From Utricularia gibba (taxonomy: Eukaryota > Plantae > Magnoliophyta): a DNA stretch of 64,000 nucleotides. This document shows positions 1-12,807 of this stretch, piece by piece. Numbering within the stretch: position 1 is the stretch's first letter; each line of letters begins with the position of its first letter. The translations under genes and the position numbers were made by a program. Under the pieces are notes generated by a model that searched no databases, was not told the origin of the DNA, and worked only from the letters and a program-made list of their open reading frames with translations. Location of the stretch: positions 2,108,001 to 2,172,000 of the forward strand of contig NEEC01000008.1 of assembly GCA_002189035.1 (NCBI GenBank), read 5' to 3'.

Positions 1-37
1 TTTCCTAAAATCACGAACAGAAGTCAGCAAATGCTTC

Positions 38-2997
38 ATGGATTTCAAAGCATTGGTTGAGAATCAAAGTGGGAAAAGGATTAAGGCATTGAGATCTGAT
101 AATGGTGGTGAATACATACCGCATGAACTCCAAAAATACTGCCAAGAGCATGGAATTGAACAGCAATTTACTGCTCCTTATACCCCTCAGCAAAACGGTA
201 TCTGCGAAAGACGCAACAGAACAATCATGGACATGTCACGCTGCCTATTATTGGAAGGAAACCTACCAAAATTCTTCTGGGGAGAAGCTGTCCATACAGC
301 CGTTTACTTGCTCAACAGATTGCCTACACGAGGAACAAAAGAGTACAAAACGCCATATGAACTATGGAAGAACCGAGTTCCATCGGTTGATCACTTAAGG
401 GTATTCGGTTGTATATGTTTTACACAGACTCCACACCAACTCCGCACAAAGTTAGACAACAAAAGCAAGATGGGAATATTTGTTGGATATGCAACACAGT
501 CCAAAGCCTATAGAGTCTGGCTACCGGAATATAAGAAGATCATCATTAGTAGAGATATAGTCTTTAATGAAAGAAAAGCATGGAAGTGGAATCAAGAAAG
601 TTGGAACACCGAAACCTCAAACGTAACAGACTTGAGTTTCCTATTTCCATTACTACCAGCTGTCCCAACTGATATGATTACAACAAATGAGGATATGTCA
701 GTCAGAGAGGAAATAACAGAGCCATCACAAACATGCTCAGAAGAAATAGACATTGACTCACAAACCGATGCCTTTAGCCCCTCTCTTGAAGCTAATCAAA
801 ACTTACTACCAGAGGATAACCGTGAGCTCAATGACCTATCTGATTCAATACAAGCAGAGACTGACAACTCCCTGCTTCCTGAAAGTTTGCTTCAGAATCC
901 TACAGAAATAGAAATAGATCATCTATCCACCAACGCAACAAAACAAAGGTTGGAACAAAATCAGGAAAGGTGGATAGAAAATAGAGAACCTACTGAAAGA
1001 ATCCACGCAATACCTGATGAAAGTATGCACAAAGATCAATTTGTAGAAAAGGAAAGCATCTCTGAAAGACCTCTAGGAGAACAAGGATCACTGGAAACTC
1101 AAGAAATCACGCCCACAGACGCAAACCAGCCTAAAATAACTGAAAGCTTGGAGTCTATTATTATTAAAACTCGAAGTGGGAGAACCTCAAAATCACCCCT
1201 ATGGATGAAAGATTATGCCGAAATGTCAATTTGCAGTGCACCTGAAAGTATAGAGGCACCGCTTGAGCCAACTTCAATTGAAACGGCACTACAAGATCCA
1301 CAATGGAGAAAAGCAATGGAATTAGAACTCCAAACTATTGAGAAGTATAAGACATGGACCCTGGTAGAGAGAAAAGAAAACATGAGAGTAATTGGTACTA
1401 CGCACCAAGCTCAATCCAGATGGCAGCATCAACAAACTCAAGGCAAGATTGGTAGCTAAGGGCTTTAAACAGAGAGCTGGAATTGATTACCAAGACACAT
1501 TTGCGCCAGTAGCACGACTTGATACAATCAAGCTATTGTTGGCTTTAGCAGCATGCAAAAGATGGGATGTCTATCACCTTGATATCAAGTCTGCATTTCT
1601 AAATGGTCCACTAAATGAAGAAGTTTATATAGAACAACCATCAGGATTTGTGATTAAAGGGCAAGAAAACAAGGTCTATCTACTTCACAAAGCTTTATAC
1701 GGATTAAAACAAGCACCAAGAGCATGGTATTCTAAGATTGACCTCTACTTCACTCAGCATGGTTATGTGCGAAGTGAAAACGACAACACCCTATATATCC
1801 TGAATGTTCAAGCAGGACAAGTAATTATTTCCTTATACGTGGATGATATCCTCATGACAGGAAATAATCCAACTCTAGTGGGAAGCGAAAAACAAGCTCT
1901 AAAAAAACACTTTGAGCTAACAGATTTGGGACTAATGACCTATTTTCTAGGTCTTGAAATCATCCAGAGCTCTACATCTATTATTCTATCACAAAGGAAA
2001 TATATTCAGGATTTAATCAAGAAACATGAATATAGCTACTCTAGATTTTCTGCTGTACCTATCACACCGGATATGAAGAAGCAATTCTATCATACACAAG
2101 AAGAGTTCGTAGATGTTACAACTTACAGGGGAATAATTGGTTCTCTATTGTATCTCACTGCAACATGGCCAGACATAACTTATGCAGTGAATCTACTCTC
2201 TCAATTCATGGTGCAACCTCGAAAACCACATCTTGATGCTGCAAAACGAGTTTTGAAATATTTAAATCATACATCAAATCTGGGACTAATCTACACAAAA
2301 GGTACGAACCCTTATCTTCAAATATATTCAGACAGTGATTTTGCAGGAGATGGTCACGATCTCAAGTCAACCTCCGGATATGTATTCTCGCTGGGTGGAT
2401 CACCATTTGCCTGGAACAGCAAAAAAGCAAACTGTCATTGCTCAATCCTCTAGTGAGGCTGAGTACATGGCAGCAGCAGCTGCTGCAAACCATTTGATGT
2501 GGATACGCAAACTACTAACTGATCTGGGAATTCATATAGAGAAGCCTACCGTGATGAACATCGATAATAAATCTGCAATTTCTATGGGAAACAACCCCAG
2601 TCTCTTTGGAAGAACAAAACATATCCAGATAAAATTTCATGTACTGAGACACTATGTTCGTGAGAAGATGATTAAACTCAAGTTTATACAATCAGAGAGA
2701 CAGCTTGCAGATATACTCACCAAATTGATGTTTCCTCAGCAATTCTGCTATCTTCGTGACAAGCTCAACTTGAAGAAAATTGAAGAATCAGAAACCACTA
2801 TGGTACATGATATGCAACAATCAGTGAAACCGGAGTCAAGAAACTCTAAATTGCCTTCTCACAGGGGAATGTTGATGCAACCTGAGAAGGAAATTACAAG
2901 CAAACTGCTCCAATCAAACAAATCAGAAGAATCAACTGCAAACCACATTGATGAAGAAGAAAATCCAAGAGGAAATCTACAGATATGCAACGGCTAG
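38..2997 (+). pseudogene. copia pol (integrase 38-1399, RT ~1395-2426, RNase H to 2997), broken by two frameshifts
   Basis: Three overlapping ORFs in different frames. Frame switches at GGTACT (1394-1399) and at an A6 run (2421-2426, WNSKK|QTVIAQSS). Confidence 0.93.
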
Positions 2998-3192
2998 AAA
3001 CGGAATTAATGCAAAGGCCATCCATACACGTCTCTAACGGTCCAAAAAAAAAAAAAAGCATATGAATTTCCCTATAAGTAACAAGCTCTTCGCTGTAACT
3101 TGCTGTAACTCAATTCTTCAAAATTGAAGAAAAGAAAAACTCACTTTCATACATGTTTACACTCTCTTCATACATATTGTATTTTTACATCA
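2870..3192 (+). repeat. Putative 3' LTR of the copia element, preceded by PPT acaggggaa (2861-2869)
   Basis: Starts TGTTGATGCAA right after the purine tract. Has a TATA-like CCTATAAGTA near 3071 and a candidate ...TACATCA end at 3192. The 5' LTR is not available for confirmation. Confidence 0.65.
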
Positions 3193-4122
3193 AAGTTGCA
3201 TCTACCCAGCAAGCAACGTGAATACACAGTCAAGAAATTGAAGAATTGTTCTATGTTCTTTAGGGATGTCGACGGAGTACCCGAGGGGCGCCAATTTCGC
3301 GGATCAATTGAAGATCCACCTCTCCGTTTTTGGGATCCAGACTGCGTGTTTGTGTCCGTCCTCTCCAAATGGGCCGCTCTCCATATTCTGGGCTTCCAAT
3401 TCGTTTCCGATTTGGGCGGCCGTACACTGATCCATATTCTCCTTTCGCGCCTGACGTGGCGCTCGGCTATTGGGAACCCGTATACTTACGCCAGCAAAAG
3501 GCGAAATAAAATACCAATATTCGCCGCGCACTATCCCAATTTCTATTATAAAAACAATAAAAAAGTTCCTTTATTAATTTATCATTTGAAAAAATATTAT
3601 TGGTAAAAGCGGATAAGCGCGATTCCTTTTTGTCTTTTTAGCCGACGTGAAGTTGAATTTTATCACGTGGATTAGTGTGTTACATCCATCCTTTATCAGA
3701 CACGTGTAGTAAAACGGTACAAATATTAGGCACGTGTCATGAAGACGATTCCCTGGCTACTGCCTACTGGCTACGGTGTCCCTGGAATACCCTTAATTCA
3801 AATAAAATTATCCACTCCGAAAATAATCATAATAATAATAAATATTTGTTTTATTTTGTTGTTGATTTAGGTTTTTGAGAGTGGAAAAGGGCATCCCTTT
3901 TGACATGTCATTGTTGGCATGCGAGTGAAGTGCACGTCTCTCTTAGTTGACATCATACATTCACAAATCATAAACTATGAAGTCTGGTCTGATTTGATGG
4001 ATTTTTATATTAAATAACATATATTATTTTATTATTTATGTTACAATTTATTTAATTATAAATTCAAATTCTGCCTAACCAAGAAAAAAACAAAAGACAG
4101 AACAAAGAAAATATGTACCACG

Positions 4123-5253
4123 TCATACGAAATGGAAAAAAGGGGCACGACAAGTATTTCCAAATTCTTGACCGCGGACAAATTCAGAAGAGGATCTACG
4201 AATCTGATGCCGGAGGGGCTCGCCGGGGACGCCTTCCTGAGGGCTGCTTTGTGGCCTCAGGTTCATTGGCTGCGCACCGGAAAACGATGCCCTGTACGGA
4301 GGAGATAGATAAGGGTACCCTGCTGCAGGGAAAGCAGCCCAGGAGGAGGTCGGTGGCTGCCCAACAAAGGGTGACATCGGCGGGGCTGGTTGGAAGTCGC
4401 CACTCGTCGCTCTGGAGGTGGGGTTGATGACATCGACACTCTGCCTTGGCATTGGTTGGTCTCCGGCGGTAGCACTATCTTGGAAATTGAGTTTTGCGCG
4501 GTTTCCTCTGAATCGCAGAGCCGCCGCGTCGTAGGCTCTGGCGGCAGCCTCCGCCGTGTCGAAGGTGCCAAGCCACACTCTGGAAGCTTTATTAGGATCC
4601 CTGATTTCAGCTGCCCATTTTCCCCACGGCCTCTGGCGAACTCCCCTGTATTTCCTCTGTGGTATTTGACCAGCAACAGTCGTTGTTTCAGTGCAAGAAA
4701 CCTCCACCGGTGGCTCTGAAAAGTACTGGTTTTAATCAGTCAATAAAGAAACGCAAGTGCAAGCAAACAAGCGAGGGAATTATCCATCATACAATCTTTT
4801 ATAACTGGATCGGGCGGAGAAGTATAAACTTTCAGACACCCCCCTGCTGCTAAGTCACATGGGAATGATTCGAACACACTAACCAACTTTAAGGGAAGAA
4901 GACTGTCCATGCCCAGAACTCTGATCGCGGGTTCGCTTTTGTCCAGAAGAAGACGGCGAAGAGGCGGCGCCGGGGGTGGAAGGCAACGAAGAAGAAGAAG
5001 AAGGCACGGACTGTACGATAGCAGAAAGAAGGTAATCTGATTGTTGCTGCTGATTCAGGTACTGAAAATCCAAAGCCGCACCGGTCGCCGTGTCCTCCTC
5101 CCCCGCCGCGTTGTCTGCAACTCCTCCATAGCCGCGGCCTCCTCGTGCGTTCGCCACCTCAGCAACAAATAATATGTCGATGCTGCAGCCACGGCACTCC
5201 ACTCCTCTCGGCAGTAGAAGTGGAAGAGGGTGGCACCACCCCGGCAGCACCAT
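4123..5253 (-). CDS. AP2/ERF transcription factor, group X (ABR1/ERF110-like), 2 exons (5253-4884, 4715-4123)
   Basis: AP2 domain [34 protein letters not shown]. Exon 1 has SAIV and SSSGQKR motifs typical of ABR1-like proteins. The GT-AG intron 4883-4716 joins the exons in frame. Start codon uncertain. Confidence 0.9.
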
Positions 5254-6419
5254 TTTTTATAGACGCAAGTGGGGGGGAGAGTAGGCATGAGAACTGACGT
5301 AATAATGATCTCTGGTTGGTTAGTTGAACAAATACCAAAGGGTTAATTAGTATAATAAAAACAATTACAATAATCTAAGGTGTTGTCATGCATCAAATAA
5401 GTAATTATATATCAAAAAATGAAAGTGAAATCATAAGATATGTAATAACTTATATATTATTAATAATCATTTGAATTTAATCTTTTTTAATAACTACCAT
5501 CATTGATATTAACTATAAGAGTATGTTTGGTTCGTTCTAAATCCCATGAATTATAATTATTAATATTCATATCTCATATTTAGTTGAAAGGATTTCAAAA
5601 TACGGATGTATGGGATTATCAATTTAAATTCCTCTAAATAGGGAATTAAAAATGGAAACTACATAGGTAGTATTTTAAATTACCTAAATTTTATTTGCAT
5701 TTGTACACTTATACTAAGTTTATTTTTACAAAAGAAATGCCTTTGATTCAGAGATAGCTCGTTTCTCAGGCAAGCCATAACTGAGCAACGAGTAAATCAA
5801 TGCAGCGATCATTACTACGGGGAAAACAGCATACTTCGCCACAACTGCAACCTTTGTGACCAGAGGCTGCCATCTCAATGCTCCAAGCACCATTTTCCTT
5901 GGAATTTTCCTTAATCCTTTCGCTTACTAAGATCTAGCAAGTAGATAAGCTAAATCTACTACTTGAACTCCCCTCCTTCCTCCATACTTGCTCCTTTAAT
6001 TCGTTTTCTCTATTTTTGTGATAAGGTAATTGTGTTTGAAAGTTTGTTTGTATTTCAATCAAACACATGTTTTTTTTTCGAGAATTACGGTCATCCATTT
6101 CATGAAATATGCTGAGTAATCAATAGTTTTCATCAGAATAATGACACTATTGATGTTATAATATAAGGGCATTTTGAATGCAAAAGTTCATTATTTTTAT
6201 TGGATATGAAATAGGTGAGGGCAAACAATTTGTGTGATGAGAACAGCGATAAAAAGAAAATTGATGTTATTGATTTTTAAAACAATATCTACATAAATGA
6301 TTCTTCTCCAAATCAAGTTATATCTTTTTATATTAAGGTTGTTGAGATGTTCCAGTCAACCCCTAGGAGATACTCTCTTAGTGAGAGGATCCCAAGATAG
6401 ATAAATTATTTGAGTGATT

Positions 6420-7622
6420 ATAAAAGAGTAATAACATAAAATTTGAGGCTTCACTTAGATACCTTTAAAAAACTATGGTTATTCTTGAAGAGTGAGAGTC
6501 TGAAATCAAGAAGGTATGTTACAATTTTAGAGATGATTATCTCATTTTTTGGTATTGTAGCTCATCACAAGAAACAAATGATTCAAAAATTTAACTTCCA
6601 CCGTTTTACATATATTGTGCACATATATTTCCATGAGCTCTTGCAATATGTGCTCAAATTGCACGAAATTTTATTGATAAAACCACACAACATTAAAAAT
6701 TTAGATGCTTTTAGCTACTTCAAGGTATAACTTTGTAAAATAATATTTTTTTACTGTCTTTTTTAGCATTCACTCTATTGATGCATTTAAATGATTGTCA
6801 TGGAACACTAAATGGTTCATACATTGACTTACAGTGAAAGAAGTGGATAAACCATGATATCATACTCATAAGGGAGCAATTTCGACGAATGTTATTGGTG
6901 TATGTGATGAAAAGGTACACTTTATCTACATACTTAGTGGTTGGGAAGATTCCACAGCCAATGGACGTGTATTTCGAGATGCTCTCACAAGGAATCTAAG
7001 ATTTAAAGTTCATAGAGGTAACAATGGATTGACGATGCTTATTTCTTTCACTTAGACTTGATTTCAAGAACCTTCTCATCTTTAGTTTAGCATGTTATGG
7101 TTTTACAAATATCATGTTCATTGTACATTTGCAATTTTTTTTTATATATAATTTTGTTAGCTCTATTTTTTATACAGATCATCACTACTTAGCATACTGT
7201 GGTTACACTAATTGCAATAGATTTCTAACCCCATATCGGGGGTTAGATACCACTTAAATGAGTGGAGGCTAGGGCAACAACAACATCAAAATCCAAAATA
7301 ATACTTCAATATGCGACACGTGAAGGCAAGAAATGTAACCAAACGAGCTTATGGTTTGATGAAAAAGCATTCGGATATACTTTGTAATCCATCATTCTAT
7401 CCTATCAAAACACAAAGAAGGATCATTATTGCGTTTGCCTTGTTACATAATTTTATTAGAAATGAGATAAATGTTAATCCATGGAAGTCAAAGATTGTTG
7501 AGGATCATCACCAGGTTGCTATAGATGACTTCATTAGCATAATAGATGGCACACGTGGATGGACTTCATGCCATGATCTACTAGCAGCCTCAATGTATAA
7601 TGAGTGGCTGCGAGGTAGGTGA
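6420..7622 (+). pseudogene. Harbinger (HARBI1/DDE_Tnp_4-like) transposase remnant
   Basis: LRLHLDTF..SRRYVTILE, DCHGTLNGSYI (degenerate ALDGTHI), SGWEDSTANGRV and ARNVTKRAYG..PSFYPIKTQRRII..LLHNFIR, with many stops and frameshifts. Confidence 0.88.
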
Positions 7623-7850
7623 CAGGAGTCATTATTGTTCTTCACCTCCATTGTTATATTTTCCTATTGGAGACAGACATTTGGATAGAAATATGATGTT
7701 GAATGTTTTCATTTTTCTATTTCATGTGCCTTTGAATTTGCTTATCTGGTATTCATGAATGTTATAGAGATATTTGTGAGGTTTTTGAAACTTATGGTTT
7801 ACAAAAAAACTCCAACAAGTTATAAGTTATGATGTTTAGAAGGAATGGTT

Positions 7851-8640
7851 CTAAACTGTTTTTAGTTTTAGTAACTCTGTTTTTAGACATAAAATTACTG
7901 AAATAATAAGTATTAATGTTGCTACATCAAGACAACATAACATAAAAAACAAAAGATGTGAATGCCACATGAGCAATAGAATGCTATCAATCAATTTCTC
8001 TCTATCATCATTTCTCATACCCACAAAGCATTCCACACTTCTTGGATCATTGAGAAGCTTTGAAGAGATTCTTAGGAGGTTCATTGGTGTCAAAATTAAT
8101 TTTTCAAAGTATGCAGCAACTTTTGTTTGATCTTCGATCTCACTTACTAAGATGGATGTTGTCGTAATCATGGCTTAGTTAGTGATATTAGCCATTGCTT
8201 CTGTTTTATCTTCTAATCAGATCATGATTGGCTCAACATCGTCGACCATCTTCCTCTACCACAATTTTGCTTTTCTTATACTACAGATGACCTTATTTTA
8301 ATTTCGGATGACTCACGGACCAATTGATGAATATCCCCAATTATAAGTGTAGTTGTTGATTGTGTAGGTATTGCTTCTATCTCCTATGTATTACACCTAA
8401 CCTCACCATCATCAATAACTCTCTTCTTACCATAAATGTTGTATCAATATTCATAAAATAGAAATGTCTTGTCGTTCAATTTGATATAATTTTATCTATC
8501 ATGCTATGACATAAAGAAGAGAAGTTATGTAAACAATATCACAATGCAATATTAATGGTCATAACACCTGAAGCAACTCTTTCCATTATTCTTAGATTGC
8601 TTTAACCTTTTTTGAAAATACTTAAGGGGTATTCCATTCG
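7851..8640 (-). pseudogene. Probable PIF/Harbinger ORF1 (Myb/SANT-like partner) remnant
   Basis: Convergent to the transposase. The C-terminal fragment KLLNDPRSVECFVGMRNDDREKLIDSILL resembles PIF ORF1 tails. Heavily decayed. Confidence 0.5.
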
Positions 8641-8747
8641 TTGACTCTTTTACTGAGTGGTGGTAGCAGCGTAGTGCAGGCAGCATTTGCAAAGTGGAGC
8701 GGACAGGAAAACGTCGGTGCCTAAGGTAATAAAGTGGAGTTTATTAC

Positions 8748-9205
8748 TCATAAATACGAAACCATCTCCTCCCCGAGCCTGTGCCTGTGACCCTGCTCCG
8801 GGTCCTTCACCTCCTGCTTCTCGTACTGCACTTGCATCTAACATACATGGACATGAACCGGACATACGTCTTGTGTTTGAAGAATTCAGGAGGGGGAGAG
8901 GGGGGAGGAATAGTGTGCATGTAGGCATGCACTCCACAGGCTAAGAGATTTCGACTCACCAAGGCGGAAGCTCCGGCAGCCAGTGCGCCAAGCTCTGCGG
9001 CATGCTCCTTGTGCTTATGTGTCCTTCTCTTGCTCAAAATAATCATATTTACTCCGTTTCTCAACACCTGAGATGACATCCTCTGCATCATAGCCTCAGT
9101 TGCAACCGGAACCATCGTTGGTGGTGTGGAGAGTCTCCGAGTAGGCTGTTAAGGAATGGCTGCACTCAGCTTTCGCTTCCTTTGGTTATTATGATGGCAT
9201 TTGTG
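8748..9205 (-). pseudogene. ASR: ASR (ABA/WDS, abscisic stress ripening) pseudogene
   Basis: HKHKEHAAELGALAAGASAL | intron 8959-8826 | YEKQEVKDPEQGHRHRLGEE matches the ABA/WDS motif and its intron position. Upstream AYSET..GSG..YDYFEQEK is in another frame with an in-frame TGA. Truncated at TGA 8750-8748. Confidence 0.82.
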
Positions 9206-9693
9206 GGTGGTACTTAGAGGCGGCGGGTTGGGTTGCCCTCAAGGATGTCACATGTCTAGGCTCCAACCTGGTGTTACTTGATTACCATACGAGGCGGCAC
9301 AGATCCTCCCATCTGGCGCTAAGTTCAGTTTATTGGATTATCAATAAGGAACTAGATCACCGGAAATATTTAATACTCAAGCCTAGGCAACCACACACAG
9401 GTAGAAAAGGACCCACTGGGCCAGCCAGCCAATCAAGAATAATTGAGTGGTAACCACACTGATCGCCACCGTCAGGTGGGGTGTAAAAAGCTTCATGAGA
9501 AGAATTGAGGCAAGATTGCGCACATGGGTTCGGTAAACTCAGTTAAAGAACACAACTGGATATATATAAAAGAGGAACTGTAGCAGTCAGGAGCAATGAA
9601 CCATGTTTACCATAGGAAGGTGCGGTTTGTTGAATTCAAACTCACAGAGAAAAGAGCTGAAATAAGGATTTCTGAAACTGATGGTATGAGAAT

Positions 9694-10861
9694 CTACTGC
9701 AACACTTGCAAGGAGGTCTCGATGCGTTGGACGAGCTGTTCCACAGTTAACGCACCCTCCTGAAAGAAGAAAGTTGTTAACATGCTGAAGTAGCATCACA
9801 GATGTAAGGACGGAGTGGGGAGAAGCCTCAGTTATCATGAAGATAGAACTATGGAATTCTGAAGTTAAACATCATAGCACTGGTGGGCACTTTACAAACA
9901 GCTACCGAAGTATATGAATACTTACAAAGCGATCAACTGGCTTCCCATCGATAAACAGAATGAATGTTGGCAGAGCTTCTATTCTGTACTTGTCAGCAAT
10001 GTCAGGGTACTTCTCAGTATCGATCTTAACCACCTGGATTTTATCACCCAATTGCGTACTGGCTTTTTCAAGAATTGGAACCATAAACTGGCACGGACCA
10101 CACCTGAAAACCATATGCGCGCTTAGCAACTAGTCTCTGGAAGTATAACTTCCCGAAAGAAGTCACATATCCATAAACATTACCATGTGGCATAAAAGTC
10201 AACCAGCACTGGTTTATCAGTCTCCTCTAGCAAGCTGTCAAAAGAAGAGAAGGATTGCTTTTTTGATGCAACCTGAAGCATGAAATTTTCCAATTAACAA
10301 TTATCCAAAAGTCCATCAAATTGTATTGTATACAATGACTCAAAATATTCTTCTTTTGCATGAAAGCTGTAGCACAGAAGAACGACTATGAGTAATCAGA
10401 TTGTATGAGTGATTAGAAATCCAAATCATGACCAACACCCAACTTTCTCCAAATAAAAATCAAATGCTACGATTCCAATGGTGAAACAACAAACCCACCA
10501 TTCATTAAGAATTACGGAGTGACTACAAAGCTCATCATGCTTGGAGAAACTACCACGAGAATCCCACTAAATCAAATATATAGCAAGTTCGTAACCCCCT
10601 CCCCCACCCACCCAAAAAAAGCAGACAGCAACAGCGGAAACAAATTAAGCTGCACAAAGTTACGATTCTGCAAGCAATAATCACCAGCGTAAGCGACCGA
10701 CGGCTGGAGCGACGTGCAAGAGAACGCCTTCCGAATCCGCATACGCGACCGCGAATCCCCACCGTGAAACGATGAGGCGATAAGTGGGAGAGCTCATAAT
10801 TCGAAACGGAGCAAGAACGTAGCGGGACAATTGAAGCTGTTGCCGCAATGGAAGTAGCCAT
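9694..10861 (-). CDS. TRX-y: Plastid thioredoxin y, 4 exons
   Basis: Transit peptide MATSIAATASIV... | VASKKQSFSSFDSLLEETDKPVLVDFYATW | CGPCQFMVPILE..KIDTEKYP..IEALPTFILF..DRF | EGALTVEQLVQRIETSLQVLQ*, with canonical splice sites. Confidence 0.95.
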
Positions 10862-12807
10862 TTCCCTCGTTCGCGAAGCTCTGAATGAAGAACCAGCGAC
10901 GGGTACCAAGAACCGTGGATGACGCTCCTGATAAAACCAAAATTACAATTAATAACCGCATTTGCCCTAAAACCAGTCAAAATAACGGGTTCCAATATTA
11001 AAAAAAAAACTAATAATATTCATGAAATAATATCTGTTTTATTTTATTTTGTGATCCTTTTTATTTTTCAGCACTGGAAGTGGGCATTGGCTCGAATCGA
11101 CAATGAGGGAAGAAGCTCAGGCCCAACAGACAGCCCTGGACTTCCGGGTTTGTCTCACTGAACTTGGAAATAACACTGAGCAGTGAGCTGGGCTTGTTGA
11201 TCACTTTGGCTTCTATAAATTATGAAAATGAACTGAAGAAAATAAGAGCTTGGATTCTTTTGTTCGAGGGCTTTACAAGATTTCCGGGTGTGAGAACTGT
11301 TGCATCCAGGTAATAAGAAATAAGCATAAATGGGAGGTGGGCTTGGATTGCATTCACCTGGAATTGCACCGAACGTATACGTGAAATCTAAGTATATAAT
11401 AAACATATATTATAATAGAATAGATAGAATAGATTAAGTCCAATAAATTACTTATGATCTATAATTTTTTTATATATTAAACTCATTTATGTATTTAACA
11501 AATGACTATCATGGATTCAGATATTCCATTGATAAAACATGCATGTTTCTGCCATAAGAAACCAAAGTGGAGGCAAAGGAAAAACCGGCAGGGTTTGACT
11601 CAGAGAAGGCTACATCGCCATCACAACAGTAAGGTATTGGGATTAGAATCACGCTTAGGAGATGCAGAAGTATTAGTAGCCCATGTGAACCTGGTTTCGG
11701 TTCACTGTTACAACCGAATGCAATGATTCCTTCACTACTGGACAAAACGCTGCTACTCAAAATTAATGGATCCCGTCTAAATGACTTGGTGGCATTTAGC
11801 CCAGAGAATAGAGCAAATGGTCAGGATCCTTGTTTTCACCCCAGGAGATACGGTAAGATGTGCCTTTGATCATTTGCTGCCTCTTCAACTGGAAACTTCG
11901 CTTCTCTGCTCCTCTACTTGAGAAAAAAAAAAGGTACCCAACAGCTACGCTTTTGGGTAATAGTGGTTTGCCGTTTGCGGCACGGCGCAGGCGACTGTAG
12001 AATGATCAAAGAAGACAAACAAACAGTGAAGTCGCCCCATTACATCCCCCCTGTGCAGGATCCGTCTGTTCACGGGATTCCCAGACACTTGTAAATTCTC
12101 TGCATCTAATCCAAGAAGCATTAATGTCCACAAAATGCTTCCTTTGTGAATTGGGGGAATCTGGATTCTGCTACCAAAACTGTGGGTGGAGGAGACAATG
12201 AGGCTGGGAAATGCAAATGGGAATCTATTCAATGTATTCTTTTTCGGATGACGGCAGTTTTCCCCCTTTCATTTGTCATTGTTTATTACCCATGATGCAC
12301 AAATGTTGGTTTGACACGTGTATATGAGTTTAGGGTTTTGGATATTCATATTTAAAATTATACAATTATAAATAATTAATATTAAATACTATGAAAAATC
12401 TTACATAATGTTTAATAAATGTTTCCATATAGCTTGTTTTCCTGGACATTGCTTCCTTTGCATGAACTCACAATGATTGCCTACTAAATGATATTATTTA
12501 GGAATTGTGTTTTTTTATTAATATTATAATTGAATAGTATTTATTTATTGTATTAAATTATATGAAGGATCAAGGATTCGAGAGAGATATCGTCATCTTT
12601 AACAAACACAGTCCCAAAATTGGAAGGCCAACGTATCCGTGCCGTACGTCGTTTCGCTTCGAGGCAAGTGACAGTGCAACTGCAAGCACGAAAAGCAGGT
12701 TTTTTCCTCTCCGCAGATAACTCCAAAGGCGTCGTTGATTGGGGTTCGTTGGTCCATCCCAAAAGGGCACAAAGTTTGTTATTTGAGGGAATTCGGTTAG
12801 CGGTTTA

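Larger units (their letters stand above)
1..3192 (+). mobile_element. Ty1/copia LTR retrotransposon, 3' portion (integrase-RT-RNase H-PPT-3'LTR); gag, protease and 5' LTR lie outside the window
   Basis: Domain order INT-RT-RH: integrase LRSDNGGEY/TAPYTPQQNG, RT YVDD, RNase H SSSEAEYMA/RTKHI/QLADILTK. A polypurine tract is followed by TGTTG. The right boundary is approximate. Confidence 0.97.
5519..8640. mobile_element. Degraded PIF/Harbinger DNA transposon
   Basis: TAA (5516-5518) followed by TIR-like GAGTATGTTTGGTT. Transposase remnants lie on + and a second ORF remnant on -. No clear right TIR, so the right boundary is approximate. Confidence 0.8.

Noticed and set aside
11066-11161. CEP/PIP-like peptide end (SSGPTDSPGLPGLSH*)
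   Set aside because: Does not fit the SPGxGH or SGPS..GxGH consensus and has no convincing signal peptide.
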